The translations under genes and the position numbers were made by a program. A DNA stretch of 60,640 bases from an uncultured SAR86 cluster bacterium (lineage in GTDB: Bacteria > Pseudomonadota > Gammaproteobacteria > Magnimaribacterales > AG-339-G14), in the NCBI GenBank assembly GCA_902624765.1, contig CACNYO010000003.1, forward strand, positions 1-60,640. Reading direction: 5' to 3'. Positions 1 through 11,012 of this stretch are shown here, one piece after another. The notes below the pieces were generated by a model. It was given only the letters and a program-made list of their open reading frames with translations. It was not told where the DNA came from and did not search any database. Each line of letters starts with the position of its first letter. Positions within the stretch are counted from its first letter, which is position 1.

Positions 1-1093
1 TGGCATATGCAACTAATGATCCTGCTCCTGACCCCCTTCCTGGACCAACAGGCACATCATTCTCTTTGGCCCAGTTAACAAAGTCTGCAACAATTAAAAA
101 GTAGCCTGAATATCCCATCTTTTGAATTACGCTTAATTCAAAATCAAGTCTTGAAAGATAATCTTCTTTAACCTCGTTACCAAAAATTTTGTGTAGGCCT
201 TCGATAGATATTTTTTTTAAGTAGTCATCTTCTGTTTCACCGTTAGGTGTTTCAAAGTCAGGTAGAATATATTTGCCTAGCTCAATTTCAAGGTTACATT
301 TTTGAGAAATCAAATAAGAATTTTCTAAAGCTTCTGGCATATCTTTAAATAATTCAAACATTTCTTCTGTTGATTTGAAGTATTGAGTTGATAAGTAATT
401 CTTTTTTCTCGTAGGATCGCTAAGAACATTTCCATTTTGAATACATACTCTTGTTTCATGAGCTTCAAATTCTTCTTCTTCCATGAATCTAACCTGATTG
501 GTTGCTACAAGGGGTATTTTTGCTTTAGCTGCCATAGTTGAAACAGTATCAATGTAATCTTCTTCCCTTTCTCTTCCTAGCCTAGAAATCTCAATGAAGA
601 AATCCTCACTAAATATTTTTTTAAAAAAATCTAATCTTGCTTCGGCTAGCTCAAAATTATTTTTTAGAATTGCATCAGCGATGTGTCCTTCCATATCACC
701 TGACAATAAAATTAATCCTTCATTGAAATCTTTAAGCCACTCCAACTTAAGGTGAGGAGTCGACCTAATTCTTCCTTCTATATGAGATTTCGAGACTAAC
801 TTTGTTAAGTTTCTGTAGCCTTTAAAATTTTTTGCATAAAGAGTTAATTTGCCAGACTCAGAATTATCGCTAATGTCTTTCACTGAATTAAAATTTACTC
901 CGCAAATTGGCTTAATGCCTTTGTCGCGCATTTCTTTATAAAATTTTACAAATCCAAACAAATTTGAATCATCTGTTATTGCAATAGATTCAAAGTTTAA
1001 ATCTTTTGCTTTGCTCGAAAGCTCATCTAATCTCACCAAGCCATCAGAGATTGAGTATTGAGAATGTATATTTAAGTGTGAAAATTTATTCAT
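1..1093 (-). CDS. dnaE: DNA polymerase III alpha subunit, N-terminal part (runs off the window)
   Basis: Not in the ORF track. Manual translation from ATG at 1093 gives [21 protein letters not shown] (PHP domain). Near base 1 it reads [34 protein letters not shown]. Overlaps the rnhB stop by 8 nt. Confidence 0.95.
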   Translation of the reverse strand, partial: MNKFSHLNIHSQYSISDGLVRLDELSSKAKDLNFESIAITDDSNLFGFVKFYKEMRDKGIKPICGVNFNSVKDISDNSESGKLTLYAKNFKGYRNLTKLVSKSHIEGRIRSTPHLKLEWLKDFNEGLILLSGDMEGHIADAILKNNFELAEARLDFFKKIFSEDFFIEISRLGREREEDYIDTVSTMAAKAKIPLVATNQVRFMEEEEFEAHETRVCIQNGNVLSDPTRKKNYLSTQYFKSTEEMFELFKDMPEALENSYLISQKCNLEIELGKYILPDFETPNGETEDDYLKKISIEGLHKIFGNEVKEDYLSRLDFELSVIQKMGYSGYFLIVADFVNWAKENDVPVGPGRGSGAGSLVAYA

Positions 1094-1643
1094 TTAGAAA
1101 TTGCTTAATTGGCTTGAAAGATTTTCTATGAATATTTGTAATTCCATATTTCTTAATCATACTCTTATGAAGTTTGGTTGAGTAACCTTTGTGTTTGTGA
1201 AAAAAAAAGCCTTTAAATTTATTTTCTAGTTCTATCATATATTCATCTCTGTAGACTTTTGCAATTATAGAGGCGGCCATCACTTCCCTAATTTTAGTAT
1301 CAGCTTTGATTATAAATTCTACGTATTTATCATTAAAGAAATTATCGTTTCCATCAATAATTATTTTTGAGAAAGGTTTATTTACTTTACTTATTGCCCT
1401 TATCATTGAAAGCTTCGTAGCTTCTCGAATATTATATTTATCTATTTCCTCCACAGAAGATAATCCAATAGACCAATCGAGAGATAGTTCCTTAATTTGA
1501 TTAGAATATTCTATGCGCTTTCTTTCTGAAAGATCTTTGGAGTCCTTAAGCCCAGAAATTTTATTTTCTTCTAAAATAACCGCAGCTGACACAACTGGGC
1601 CGGCAATGGATCCTCTTCCAACTTCGTCCACCCCAAGAATCAT
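1086..1643 (-). CDS. rnhB: Ribonuclease HII
   Basis: [25 protein letters not shown] and HRKSF motifs; lies between lpxB and dnaE. Confidence 0.96.
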   Translation of the reverse strand: MILGVDEVGRGSIAGPVVSAAVILEENKISGLKDSKDLSERKRIEYSNQIKELSLDWSIGLSSVEEIDKYNIREATKLSMIRAISKVNKPFSKIIIDGNDNFFNDKYVEFIIKADTKIREVMAASIIAKVYRDEYMIELENKFKGFFFHKHKGYSTKLHKSMIKKYGITNIHRKSFKPIKQFLNE

Positions 1644-2755
1644 GCTAAGTCAAAAAGACAGTTGAATTTATCTTCTTGATTTACTTTCAAAGAATTATGA
1701 ATCTCATAGAATTTCATTTTTATTCGATCTAAGTTTTTGGCCTTATTTATATCAAGCAGCTCTTTTTCTATTTGATCGGTATTTACTAAACTTTGTCTCA
1801 ATTCTGGGATTAATTCCTCCTCTGCAAGAATATTTGGAAGTGAAATGTAATTTGTTTTTAAAAATTGATTTAAAAGAAAGTTATTAAAAAAATTTGTTTT
1901 GTAACAAACTACTGAAGGAACCTGATTTAAAAGGCATTCTAGAGAAGCTGTGCCAGACACACAAACTGCTAAATCAGTCGCAGCAAGAACTGAATCTGTC
2001 TTATCAATAAATATTTTGTAAATTTCTGATTTTGAATTACTTAAATTTCTCGAAATTTCGTTTTCATCTTTAAAGGGAATCACAAATTGATAATTACCCT
2101 TTTTACAAAGTGAATTAATAGTTTCAATCATCACGGGTAAATGAGCTTTAATTTCTGACTTTCTACTCCCAGGTAAAAAAGAGAGTACTTCTAAATCAGA
2201 ATCCAGGTCTAATTCATTTTTATATTTTGATTTATCAATATTTGTTGAAATACGGGATGCTTTAGGGTGACCAACATAAACTGAATTAACGCTGAAATTT
2301 TGAAGAAAACTTTTTTCAAAAGGGAACAAATTTAGAACAAGATCTAAAAAATCATTAAATTTTTTTGCTCTATTTGGTCTCCATGCCCAAACCTGAGGAC
2401 AAACATACTGTACTGTTTTGATGTTGGACTTTTTTTTTAAAATTCGTGAAATTCCTAAATTTAATGAAGGACTATCGATTCCTATAAATATATCTATGTT
2501 TTGGTCTAATAGGTGATCAATTAGTTCGTTTCTTTTTTTAAGAATTTTATTAATTTTAAATATTGGATCAATCAATCCCATTACTTGAAACACATCGTTG
2601 GATTCAAATGAGTTAAACCCTTCTTTTTGCATTTCAGAACCACCAAGACCGAAAAACTCTATAGATGAGTCTTTAGTTTTAAGATTTCTTATCAAATCTG
2701 AGCCGAGAATATCTCCAGATGATTCTGTGGCACATAATCCCACTTTAATTGTCAT
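1640..2755 (-). CDS. lpxB: Lipid-A-disaccharide synthase
   Basis: ESSGD, IDSP, YVCPQVWAWR, FPFE, VGHP, LPGSR, SGTASLE and SLPNILA motifs. Confidence 0.96.
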   Translation of the reverse strand: MTIKVGLCATESSGDILGSDLIRNLKTKDSSIEFFGLGGSEMQKEGFNSFESNDVFQVMGLIDPIFKINKILKKRNELIDHLLDQNIDIFIGIDSPSLNLGISRILKKKSNIKTVQYVCPQVWAWRPNRAKKFNDFLDLVLNLFPFEKSFLQNFSVNSVYVGHPKASRISTNIDKSKYKNELDLDSDLEVLSFLPGSRKSEIKAHLPVMIETINSLCKKGNYQFVIPFKDENEISRNLSNSKSEIYKIFIDKTDSVLAATDLAVCVSGTASLECLLNQVPSVVCYKTNFFNNFLLNQFLKTNYISLPNILAEEELIPELRQSLVNTDQIEKELLDINKAKNLDRIKMKFYEIHNSLKVNQEDKFNCLFDLA

Positions 2756-3525
2756 TATCGGACAATGCCTCGATCAGAATCTTTGATTGAATCAAGAAAA
2801 AGTTTTCCTTCATCAAAATTGGAAACTTCTTTTTCAATCTTCGAAATGGCTTGATCGAGTTTAAGTTTTCTTAGATATACAAGCTTATAAAATTTTTTTA
2901 AAAGTAATGACTGATCTTTACCAAGTTCTAATCTTTGAATTCCAATTACATTAAGTCCTCTTGGTATTGCAGGATTACCACTAACTCTAACAAAGGCAGG
3001 AATATCTTTAGAAACAGCAGATCCCATAGCACAAAAACTATATGGGCCAATATTGCAAAATTGATGAACTAAAGTATAGCCTCCTAGTCTTGCTCCTTTT
3101 TCAATATTTACAACTCCTGCCAAAGCAACATTGTTAACTAAAACAATATCATCATCCAAAGTGCAGTCATGAGCTACATGAGAATAAGCCATAAAAAGAT
3201 TATTGTTTCCAATTGTTGTTAATCCTTTCTCTTGAACAGTCCCCCTATTTATAGTGACTCCCTCTCTTATTTGATTATTGTTACCAATCTTAAGGTAAGT
3301 TTCTTCATCTTCGTATTTTAAATCTTGAGGATCTCCTCCAACGCTAGCAAAAGGATATATATGATTATTTTTTCCTAGCTTTGAATTTTTATGGATGACC
3401 ACATTCGATTCAATTATAGTTCCTGAACCAATCTCAACACCTTTTCCAACAGAGGAATAGGCACCAACAGTGACATTTTTGGCTATTTTTGCAGAAGGAT
3501 CTATTATTGCAGTTTCATGAATCAT
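2755..3525 (-). CDS. lpxA: UDP-N-acetylglucosamine O-acyltransferase
   Basis: Hexapeptide repeats, PQDLKY, HVAHDC and VHQF. Start moved to ATG 3525 (MIHETAIIDP), which overlaps the fabZ stop as ATGA. Confidence 0.96.
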   Translation of the reverse strand: MIHETAIIDPSAKIAKNVTVGAYSSVGKGVEIGSGTIIESNVVIHKNSKLGKNNHIYPFASVGGDPQDLKYEDEETYLKIGNNNQIREGVTINRGTVQEKGLTTIGNNNLFMAYSHVAHDCTLDDDIVLVNNVALAGVVNIEKGARLGGYTLVHQFCNIGPYSFCAMGSAVSKDIPAFVRVSGNPAIPRGLNVIGIQRLELGKDQSLLLKKFYKLVYLRKLKLDQAISKIEKEVSNFDEGKLFLDSIKDSDRGIVR

Positions 3526-3959
3526 TTCGGTCTGTCTGCACATAAAATAGTGGCAGAACAGACTAAATTCTCTTCCATTGAGGCTTTGCAGTCAAACTTC
3601 CATATACCTCGCCTATCCTGTATTTTCTTAGATTCCAGCGTCAATATGCTTGGAGGGACTACTGGGGATCTAAAGCGAACATTATCAGCTCCAACAAAAT
3701 AGTAAATTGAACCCTCTTCAGGTGTCTTATTCATAGTTACAAATCCTAAAATTCCTGAAACTTGTGCTAATGCCTCAATTATTATTACTCCCGGGAGTAT
3801 AGGGTTATCAGGAAAATGGCCTTTAAAATAAAACTCTTCTGCTTTAACTTCTTTAAAACCCTTTATGTATTCATCTTTAATTATTTCAGTCACGCCATCA
3901 ACAAACAAAAAAGGTTCTCTGTGAGGAAGGTATTTCTTTATTTCTTGCTTTTCAATCAT
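3522..3959 (-). CDS. fabZ: 3-hydroxyacyl-ACP dehydratase FabZ
   Basis: LPHREPFLFVD and FKGHFPDNPILPGVIIIEALAQ. Confidence 0.96.
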   Translation of the reverse strand: MIEKQEIKKYLPHREPFLFVDGVTEIIKDEYIKGFKEVKAEEFYFKGHFPDNPILPGVIIIEALAQVSGILGFVTMNKTPEEGSIYYFVGADNVRFRSPVVPPSILTLESKKIQDRRGIWKFDCKASMEENLVCSATILCADRPK

Positions 3960-4900
3960 TTATCTTTTTTTGATATCTGTTTATAAGATGCTGAAGCTTT
4001 CAACCAATCTTTCCTTGGCATCAATGGAGCTGAACCTGAATACTTGCCTGATTTTTTGATTGACTTCGAAATAAATGAGACTGGAGATACTATAACTTGA
4101 TCTGTAATAACTAAATTATCTGCAATTCCACAAAGTCCGCCTATCATACAGTTTTCTCCAATTATTGTGCTTCCTCCAATAGTTGCGTTTGCACCCATTA
4201 TTGTAGATTTTCCAATTCTACAATTATGTGCAATGTGCACTTGATCATCTAATTTCACATTTTCTTCAATTATTGTGTCATCAAGAACTCCTCTATCGAT
4301 AGTGCAATTGGATCCTATCTCGACGTCATTTCTTATTATCACTTTTCCTAAGTGATTTATTTTTTTCCATTGATCATTTTCGTCTTTAGCAAACCCAAGT
4401 CCATCCGAACCAATGACCGTACCAGAGTGGATAATACAATTTTTCCCAATTGATACATTTGAAAGTACAGTTACATTGGGGAATAAAATGGAACCTTTTC
4501 CAATCACGACATTTTTTTCTATCACGCACCCAGGGCCTACACGAACATCATCAGGTAATCTTGATTCTTTACTAATAAATGCGTCTGGGGAAAGACCTTT
4601 TTTTTCAGATATGAAAGTTGATTCAGCAAATAAATCAGTAGCTTTTGCATAAGCAAGATGAACGTTATCTATTATTAATTTATTTCCTTTAAAGTATTTT
4701 GAGTTTGTTTTATCAGTAATAACAGCACCTGCATTGGTTTTTGAAAGTTCTTCTTTGAACTTATTACTGTAAAAAAATGAAATATCTTTATTAGATGCTG
4801 AAGATAGAGATTTCATAGATGATATTTCAATATCATCTCCATCTAATGAAGCACCGATATATTTTGCTATGTAACTAAGCTTATATGGCTTTGAAGACAA
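3956..4900 (-). CDS. lpxD: UDP-3-O-acylglucosamine N-acyltransferase
   Basis: IGSDGLGF, TIDRG, QVHIAHN and hexapeptide repeats; TTG start. Confidence 0.95.
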   Translation of the reverse strand: MSSKPYKLSYIAKYIGASLDGDDIEISSMKSLSSASNKDISFFYSNKFKEELSKTNAGAVITDKTNSKYFKGNKLIIDNVHLAYAKATDLFAESTFISEKKGLSPDAFISKESRLPDDVRVGPGCVIEKNVVIGKGSILFPNVTVLSNVSIGKNCIIHSGTVIGSDGLGFAKDENDQWKKINHLGKVIIRNDVEIGSNCTIDRGVLDDTIIEENVKLDDQVHIAHNCRIGKSTIMGANATIGGSTIIGENCMIGGLCGIADNLVITDQVIVSPVSFISKSIKKSGKYSGSAPLMPRKDWLKASASYKQISKKDK

Positions 4901-4909
4901 AATTTAATC

Positions 4910-5440
4910 TTATTCTTCGCTTTCTTGATTTATAAGCTCAATCACTTCAGGTGTAATGTTAATGAGTGGATTGGTACCCTCAAATGCTGCCAAAGCCTCT
5001 CTTCTGAATAGAAGCTTTATTTTTTTGGCAATAATGAGCTCATTAACAACTTTTTGAACTGTTTCTGCTTGATCGGCTTGTAATTTTTGACCTAATTCTT
5101 GCTCCAATGCTCCCCTCTTTTGAGCTAAAAACTGCAAATCTTGAGTTAAAGATTGAATCTTTTTATAAAGATCAGCTTTTTCAGATTCTGACATTGTAGG
5201 CCCATCTTTTTCAAGCTTATCTGCAGCATCCTTTCTTTCTCCATCTTTTAAGGCAATGTCATCCGAGATTTCTTTGTATTCATCAGACTCTTGAAGCTCC
5301 TCAAACGCCTGTCTTGCTGCATCAGTTCCAAAAAAGATTGCTTGATAGTCAATAACAGCCATTCCATCGGTATTCGCTAGTAAAGAGCTACCAAAAAAAA
5401 GTTGGGAAACTAAAATTAAAGCGGAAGTAATTTTTTTCAT
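4910..5440 (-). CDS. skp: OmpH/Skp periplasmic chaperone
   Basis: Signal peptide, AVIDYQAI, coiled-coil body and C-terminal NITPEVIELIN; lies between bamA and lpxD. Confidence 0.85.
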   Translation of the reverse strand: MKKITSALILVSQLFFGSSLLANTDGMAVIDYQAIFFGTDAARQAFEELQESDEYKEISDDIALKDGERKDAADKLEKDGPTMSESEKADLYKKIQSLTQDLQFLAQKRGALEQELGQKLQADQAETVQKVVNELIIAKKIKLLFRREALAAFEGTNPLINITPEVIELINQESEE

Positions 5441-5517
5441 AATATGCCTTATATATTAATTTTATAAATTTGTCGGCAAGTTTACATGATTGCAGGGTAA
5501 ATTATCCAATAAATATT

Positions 5518-7896
5518 TTAGAATTGCGTACCAATTTCAAATTGAAATTGCTCTATTTCTTCAAGAGGATCCCTATTAAATACTTGAGAAATTGCAAATG
5601 ACAAAGGACCTAGTTGTGTAATCCAAGTCACAGCTAAACCAACAGAATATCTTAGATTTTTCGTATCGAATTTAAAGCAATTTCTTTCGTATGCTTTGCA
5701 ACCATCGCTAAATACATTTCCGTAATCGAAGAAAACAGAGCTTCTCACAGATCGATTATCCTGACTGATAGGTAATGGGAATATCCAGTCTACTCCACCT
5801 TCTAGAGAATATTGTCCACCTATAGGTCTTCTTTCATAAAAGTAATAAGGATTTGGGATTGGGTTCCCGTCTGAATCAGTTACGATTTGACCATTAGAAT
5901 CTATGACATATTCACTGGCTTCCGACCTTGGCCCTAGCGTATTTGCTCTAAATCCACGGACCGAGTTCATTCCACCGGCATAGAAATGTTCAAAAAATGG
6001 TGGCGTAGAGGTATCTCCGTATGCTGCAAGAATTCCAATCTGATTCCTGAAAGAAAAGACCCAATCATTCCCCATGGGAGCATAGTATTTCATTCTATAA
6101 ATTAGTTTTCCGTAGTTTAAGCTGCTGCCTGGAAGTGAGGTTTGAATGCTTACGGCATGAGATTGACCTGCTGTTGGAAAAATACCTCTGTTTAAAGTAA
6201 CTCTAGACCATGTTGTAGTTAATTTATAAGTTTCAAATGTATCTCCTTCCTGATTGACAAAGTCATTCAATTGCAGAGAAGAAAAATTACCTGCATCTAG
6301 CTTAGTGTTATCGTAGGATATGTTAAGGTTTAATCTTTCAATTTCACTTATTGGGAAGCCAAATTGAGCTCCTAAACCATAAGAGTCTGTCGAGTAAGAA
6401 GCAAGATTATAAGAACCAAAGTCCGATGATCTGTAAAAGGCGTTGTATCCAAGGCTTACTGCATCTATGGTGTAATAAGGATCAAAAAAATTAAAGTTAT
6501 AACTTGTTTGCCAAGCATTTTTATTTATTCCGATCACCAATCTGTTGCCTGTGCCAAAAGCATTATTCTCTGAGTAATTTGCACCTAAAGTTAGTCCCCA
6601 TGCTCCATACCCGATTGACCCTCCAATTGAACCAGAGAATTCTTCCTCTACGGTATATTCAATGTCGACTTGATCACTGATACCCGGCACCGGCTTAGTT
6701 TCAACCTCGACTTGTTTAAAAAATCCAAGTCTCTCTAGTCGAAGTTTTGAATTTTCAATTAGTGCATTGGAAGCCCATGCTCCCTCCATTTGTCGCATCT
6801 CTCTCCTAAGAACAACATCATAAGTCCTTTCGTTTCCAATAAATTCAATCCTTCTTACATACGTTCTTTGGCCTGGCTCAACAAAAAAAGTAAGGTTTAC
6901 CGCTTCTTCATCCTCTAATATCTCAGGTACACCGGATACTTCTGCAAAAGCATACCCTTCGTTCCCAAGTGTATTCGTAATAAATTCCTCAGATGCCGTT
7001 ACTAGCTCTTGTGAGAATACTGTATCTGGCTTTACGAAAATTAAGTTTCTTAGATTATCTTTTGATAAAGGGAGATCGCCTGCTAATTTAGTCTCTTTAA
7101 CTTTATAGACTCCTCCTTCTCTAACCCCAATAGTTATAAAGACCGATTTTTTATCTGGAGATACGCTAACAACTCTAGAGTCAATTGAGAATTTTACGTA
7201 CCCTCGATTCTTATAAAAGGATTCAAGTGATTCAAGGTCTCCTCTCAACTTTTCTTGGGCATATTTATTGTCATTTGTGATAAAAGATAGCCAATTACCT
7301 TTGCTCAGCTCAAAATCTCTCAAAAGTTCTTCGTCCGTAAAAGTATTATTGCCGACAATATTTATGTCTTTAATTTGGGCGACTTCACCTTCATCGACTT
7401 CGATTAAGATCGCGACTCTATTTCTCGGTAAATTATTACTTTCTACCTTAACCTCTGCACCGTATCTGCCCTGAGCAACATATTGTCTTTCTAGTTCAAC
7501 ACTTAACCCTTCTACAATTGATCTTCTATAAAGTTGACCTTCATAAAGATCAGAGTTTCTAAGTCCTTCAAGTAATGCTTCTGTCTTAATTGCCTTGTTA
7601 CCTTGAATATCTATAGATGCAATGGAGGGCCTTTCAACTAAGTTAATTAATAAGGCACCTCCATCCCTTCCAATTTCTATATCATCAAATTTACCAGTAT
7701 TAAAAATTGACTTAGCAATGAGTTGAATTTCTCTTTGATCTATTTCGTCACCTACAGATACTGGCATTGAGGCAAATACTGATCCTGCCGAAACTCTTTG
7801 AAGGCCAGTAACTCTTATGTCTTCTATCACCCAAGAATCTGCAAAAATATTAATAGAATATAAAAATAAGAAAAGGGATAATAATCTTCTCATCAA
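5518..7896 (-). CDS. bamA: Outer membrane protein assembly factor BamA
   Basis: POTRA motif DIRVTGLQRV, VLRREMRQMEG, loop-6 VRGF and C-terminal FQFEIGTQF. Confidence 0.97.
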   Translation of the reverse strand: MMRRLLSLFLFLYSINIFADSWVIEDIRVTGLQRVSAGSVFASMPVSVGDEIDQREIQLIAKSIFNTGKFDDIEIGRDGGALLINLVERPSIASIDIQGNKAIKTEALLEGLRNSDLYEGQLYRRSIVEGLSVELERQYVAQGRYGAEVKVESNNLPRNRVAILIEVDEGEVAQIKDINIVGNNTFTDEELLRDFELSKGNWLSFITNDNKYAQEKLRGDLESLESFYKNRGYVKFSIDSRVVSVSPDKKSVFITIGVREGGVYKVKETKLAGDLPLSKDNLRNLIFVKPDTVFSQELVTASEEFITNTLGNEGYAFAEVSGVPEILEDEEAVNLTFFVEPGQRTYVRRIEFIGNERTYDVVLRREMRQMEGAWASNALIENSKLRLERLGFFKQVEVETKPVPGISDQVDIEYTVEEEFSGSIGGSIGYGAWGLTLGANYSENNAFGTGNRLVIGINKNAWQTSYNFNFFDPYYTIDAVSLGYNAFYRSSDFGSYNLASYSTDSYGLGAQFGFPISEIERLNLNISYDNTKLDAGNFSSLQLNDFVNQEGDTFETYKLTTTWSRVTLNRGIFPTAGQSHAVSIQTSLPGSSLNYGKLIYRMKYYAPMGNDWVFSFRNQIGILAAYGDTSTPPFFEHFYAGGMNSVRGFRANTLGPRSEASEYVIDSNGQIVTDSDGNPIPNPYYFYERRPIGGQYSLEGGVDWIFPLPISQDNRSVRSSVFFDYGNVFSDGCKAYERNCFKFDTKNLRYSVGLAVTWITQLGPLSFAISQVFNRDPLEEIEQFQFEIGTQF

Positions 7897-9224
7897 AAAA
7901 TCCTAGAAAGGTCATTAAAAAATGTAAAGATCATCAGGCATACAATAAATGCAATGCCTAGCCTATATGTTATGCCTACAAAATTTTCAGAAAGCGGTGA
8001 GCCTTTTATTTTTTCTAAAGTCATCATTACAACTTGGCCACCATCTAGGACGGGAATAGGCAATAGATTAATAATACCCAATCCGATACTAATTAAAGCC
8101 ATCAACATTAAGAAAGAAAAGAGACCGCCATATTTAATTGAATCTCCAGCATACTGGCCAATCATAACCGGCCCACCTAGATTTCGTGGCGAAATCAAGC
8201 CTTGGACCATCTTTTTTAAAAAAATTAATGATTCTGCAGATTTGGAATAGGTATCTTTTAAGGCTTTTACCGAGCCTTCAACAAGACCGTACCTTTTTTT
8301 TATTATCGAAGAAGGAAGAATCTTCAAATTTGCTGCAATTCCAATTAACCATGTAGCTTCAGGAGATTCTTTATATTCAGGCTGAATAACGTAATCGAAG
8401 TTGGAGTTATTTCTTGAAATGCTTACCAATATTTCTTTTCCTTCAGATGAATTGATAAAAAATTTAAGATCTTCCCAAGATTTTATTTCATTGAAATCAA
8501 TAGCATTAATTCTATCCCCTATCATCAATCCAGAATTTGCAGCTGGCCCATTCTCTGTCATTTGGGCTATGATTATCTCTGCAGGTAAATACATTCCTAA
8601 ATCCCTCATTAAATCATTTGGCTCCTGCCCTTTAAGCCAATCAGAAATATATATCTGATGCGATGAAGTAGTGCCTTGAAAATCTTCCGTTTCAATATTA
8701 ATGATGCCTGTTTCCCCTAGCCTTCTTAATAAAGCAGATTGAACCTCCATTCTGGTTTCAACAAAGGATTCATCAATGCGGATTAGCTTGGTTCCTGACT
8801 CTATTCCAGCGTTATAAGCAGGACTATCCTTTTTTACCTGTCCAATATCAGAAGATATTTCTTGAATTCCATAGAGGTTTAAACCAACAAAAATTATAAA
8901 AGCCAAAATAAAATTAGCCATAGGACCAGCAAGAACTATGAATAATCTTTGATAATATGATTTTGATTGAAAGGAATCTTTTTCTGAGGAGTTTTCACCC
9001 TCTCCTAGCATTTGAACGAATCCTCCAATGGGTAAAATTCTTATATTGTAATTTGTCTGATATTTGTCCTGTTTTTGGAAGATCGATGGTCCCATACCCA
9101 CTGAGAAATCTAAAACTTTTACCCTACAAACTCTTGCAGCAAAAAAGTGGCCTGATTCATGAATGATTGTTATCACCGAAATCAGTACAACAAAGGCTAT
9201 TAAGTATGTTAAAACAGCTGTCAT
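7893..9224 (-). CDS. rseP: RIP zinc metalloprotease RseP
   Basis: HESGH, two PDZ-like segments and NLLPIPVLDGG. Confidence 0.95.
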   Translation of the reverse strand: MTAVLTYLIAFVVLISVITIIHESGHFFAARVCRVKVLDFSVGMGPSIFQKQDKYQTNYNIRILPIGGFVQMLGEGENSSEKDSFQSKSYYQRLFIVLAGPMANFILAFIIFVGLNLYGIQEISSDIGQVKKDSPAYNAGIESGTKLIRIDESFVETRMEVQSALLRRLGETGIINIETEDFQGTTSSHQIYISDWLKGQEPNDLMRDLGMYLPAEIIIAQMTENGPAANSGLMIGDRINAIDFNEIKSWEDLKFFINSSEGKEILVSISRNNSNFDYVIQPEYKESPEATWLIGIAANLKILPSSIIKKRYGLVEGSVKALKDTYSKSAESLIFLKKMVQGLISPRNLGGPVMIGQYAGDSIKYGGLFSFLMLMALISIGLGIINLLPIPVLDGGQVVMMTLEKIKGSPLSENFVGITYRLGIAFIVCLMIFTFFNDLSRIF

Positions 9225-9226
9225 AA

Positions 9227-10390
9227 TCAGAAAGTATATCTCTCTGCAAAAACTTTAGCCTGTTTTTTAGATAAGGCTTGTAAATGAAAGATATCGTCAA
9301 CAGTATCAAATTTTACATTTGTATCTATGTTATCTATCGCGTCAAAAGCATGACTAATCAATTGAAAGATATTTAAATAATTTATTTTTTCTTGCAAGAA
9401 AAGATCAACCGCGACTTCATTGAATGAATTAAGAATTAAAGGGAAGTTCCCTCCTAAAGATAAAGCTTTTTTTGCATAATCTAAAGTAGGAAATTTTTTA
9501 CGATCGGGCTCAAAAAAATTAAGTGAAAGATCAGAAAAAGATAATTTTTCTATTCCAGATTCAATTCTTTTAGGAAATCCTAGTCCATATGATATCGAGG
9601 CCTTCATGTCGGGAGCTGATAGATTGGAAATTATTGAGCCATCTTTAAACTCAACCATTGAATGAACGATATGCTGAGGATGAATCACTACGTCTATTTT
9701 ATTTGAATCTACCCCAAATAAAACCGATGCCTCTATGATCTCCAAAGATTTATTCATCAAAGTTGAAGAATCAATTGATATTTTTTCTCCCATTTTCCAA
9801 ATAGGATGGTCCAATGCTTCTTTGACAGTTATTTTTTCAAAAGATTCAATTTTTTTATCCCAAAATGGGCCTCCTGAACAACATAATATGATTTTATTTA
9901 CATCATCTTTAGAAGATCCTTGCAGGCATTGAAAAATAGCAGAATGCTCAGAGTCTAGAGGTATTATTTCTGATTGATATTTCTTAGCCTCATCCAATAA
10001 GAATTCGCCGCACATTACCAACGGTTCCTTATTAGCAATCAATACTCTTTTTCCAGTTTTTATAGCCTCATGAGTTGCCTCAAGACCAATTGCACCTGAA
10101 ATTCCAACAATAACGATGTCTGCATTGATATCTCTTATCATTTCACTTTGACCATCAGAACCTCTATAAATTTTGATATCTGAGTTCTCTTCTATATTGA
10201 ATCCTGAGGGGCCGCCCTCCTGTATGCAAATATTTTTAACTGAATATTTGTTCGCCTGTGCATGCAAAGCTTGAAAATTTTTATTTGCACTCAAGCCGAT
10301 ACACTTAAAATTATCCTTATGCAGATCCAGGACTTCTAATGTACTTTTCCCAATAGATCCAGTCGATCCTAGAACGAGCACTGTTTTCAT
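9227..10390 (-). CDS. dxr: 1-deoxy-D-xylulose-5-phosphate reductoisomerase
   Basis: LGSTGSIG, ANKE, PLDSEHSAIFQ and HPIWKMGEKISIDS. Confidence 0.97.
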   Translation of the reverse strand: MKTVLVLGSTGSIGKSTLEVLDLHKDNFKCIGLSANKNFQALHAQANKYSVKNICIQEGGPSGFNIEENSDIKIYRGSDGQSEMIRDINADIVIVGISGAIGLEATHEAIKTGKRVLIANKEPLVMCGEFLLDEAKKYQSEIIPLDSEHSAIFQCLQGSSKDDVNKIILCCSGGPFWDKKIESFEKITVKEALDHPIWKMGEKISIDSSTLMNKSLEIIEASVLFGVDSNKIDVVIHPQHIVHSMVEFKDGSIISNLSAPDMKASISYGLGFPKRIESGIEKLSFSDLSLNFFEPDRKKFPTLDYAKKALSLGGNFPLILNSFNEVAVDLFLQEKINYLNIFQLISHAFDAIDNIDTNVKFDTVDDIFHLQALSKKQAKVFAERYTF

Positions 10391-11010
10391 TGAAGAGCCT
10401 CAAATAAGAAAAAAAATACTGGAATACATAAGAGGTGACTATCAATGCGATCTAAAAGCCCACCATGACCAGGTATAAGGTTCCCTGTATCTTTTAAATT
10501 AGCTTGTCTTTTGACAGAGCTTATTAAAAGGTCGCCAAAGACTGATGCTGCTGCGGAGATTAACATAATGAGAATGAGCAAGAAACTATCAAAAGTTTTC
10601 AATGAGCTTTGGAAGATCAGAATTACCAGTAGAGTATTAATCAAGACTGATGCAACTATTCCTCCGATAGTCCCCTCTAAAGTTTTATTGGGACTAATGC
10701 CAGGAAATATTTTATTTCTGCCAAATGCTTTACCTGCGAAGAATGCAAATGCATCAGTCGTAACTGAGATCAGAACAGCTATTAAGATTAAAAATCGTTC
10801 CAACTCATAAAAATATAAACATAAGATAGCTGTAACTAGAAAAATAAAAGACAAAAAAGATTGTAGAGATAAAACTCTTAACTTAAATAATTCATATAAT
10901 GCAATGACAAATATAGTGATCAGCCCAAAATTGAATAAGAAGTTAGGAGATAAAAGTATGTATGCAAGAAAAAGGAATCCTAAACCTATGCCCGATATCC
11001 ATCTAATCAT
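10387..11010 (-). CDS. cdsA: Phosphatidate cytidylyltransferase (short form)
   Basis: ISPNKTLEG and KDTGNLIPGHGGLLDRIDS. Confidence 0.95.
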   Translation of the reverse strand: MIRWISGIGLGFLFLAYILLSPNFLFNFGLITIFVIALYELFKLRVLSLQSFLSFIFLVTAILCLYFYELERFLILIAVLISVTTDAFAFFAGKAFGRNKIFPGISPNKTLEGTIGGIVASVLINTLLVILIFQSSLKTFDSFLLILIMLISAAASVFGDLLISSVKRQANLKDTGNLIPGHGGLLDRIDSHLLCIPVFFFLFEALQ

Positions 11011-11012
11011 TT

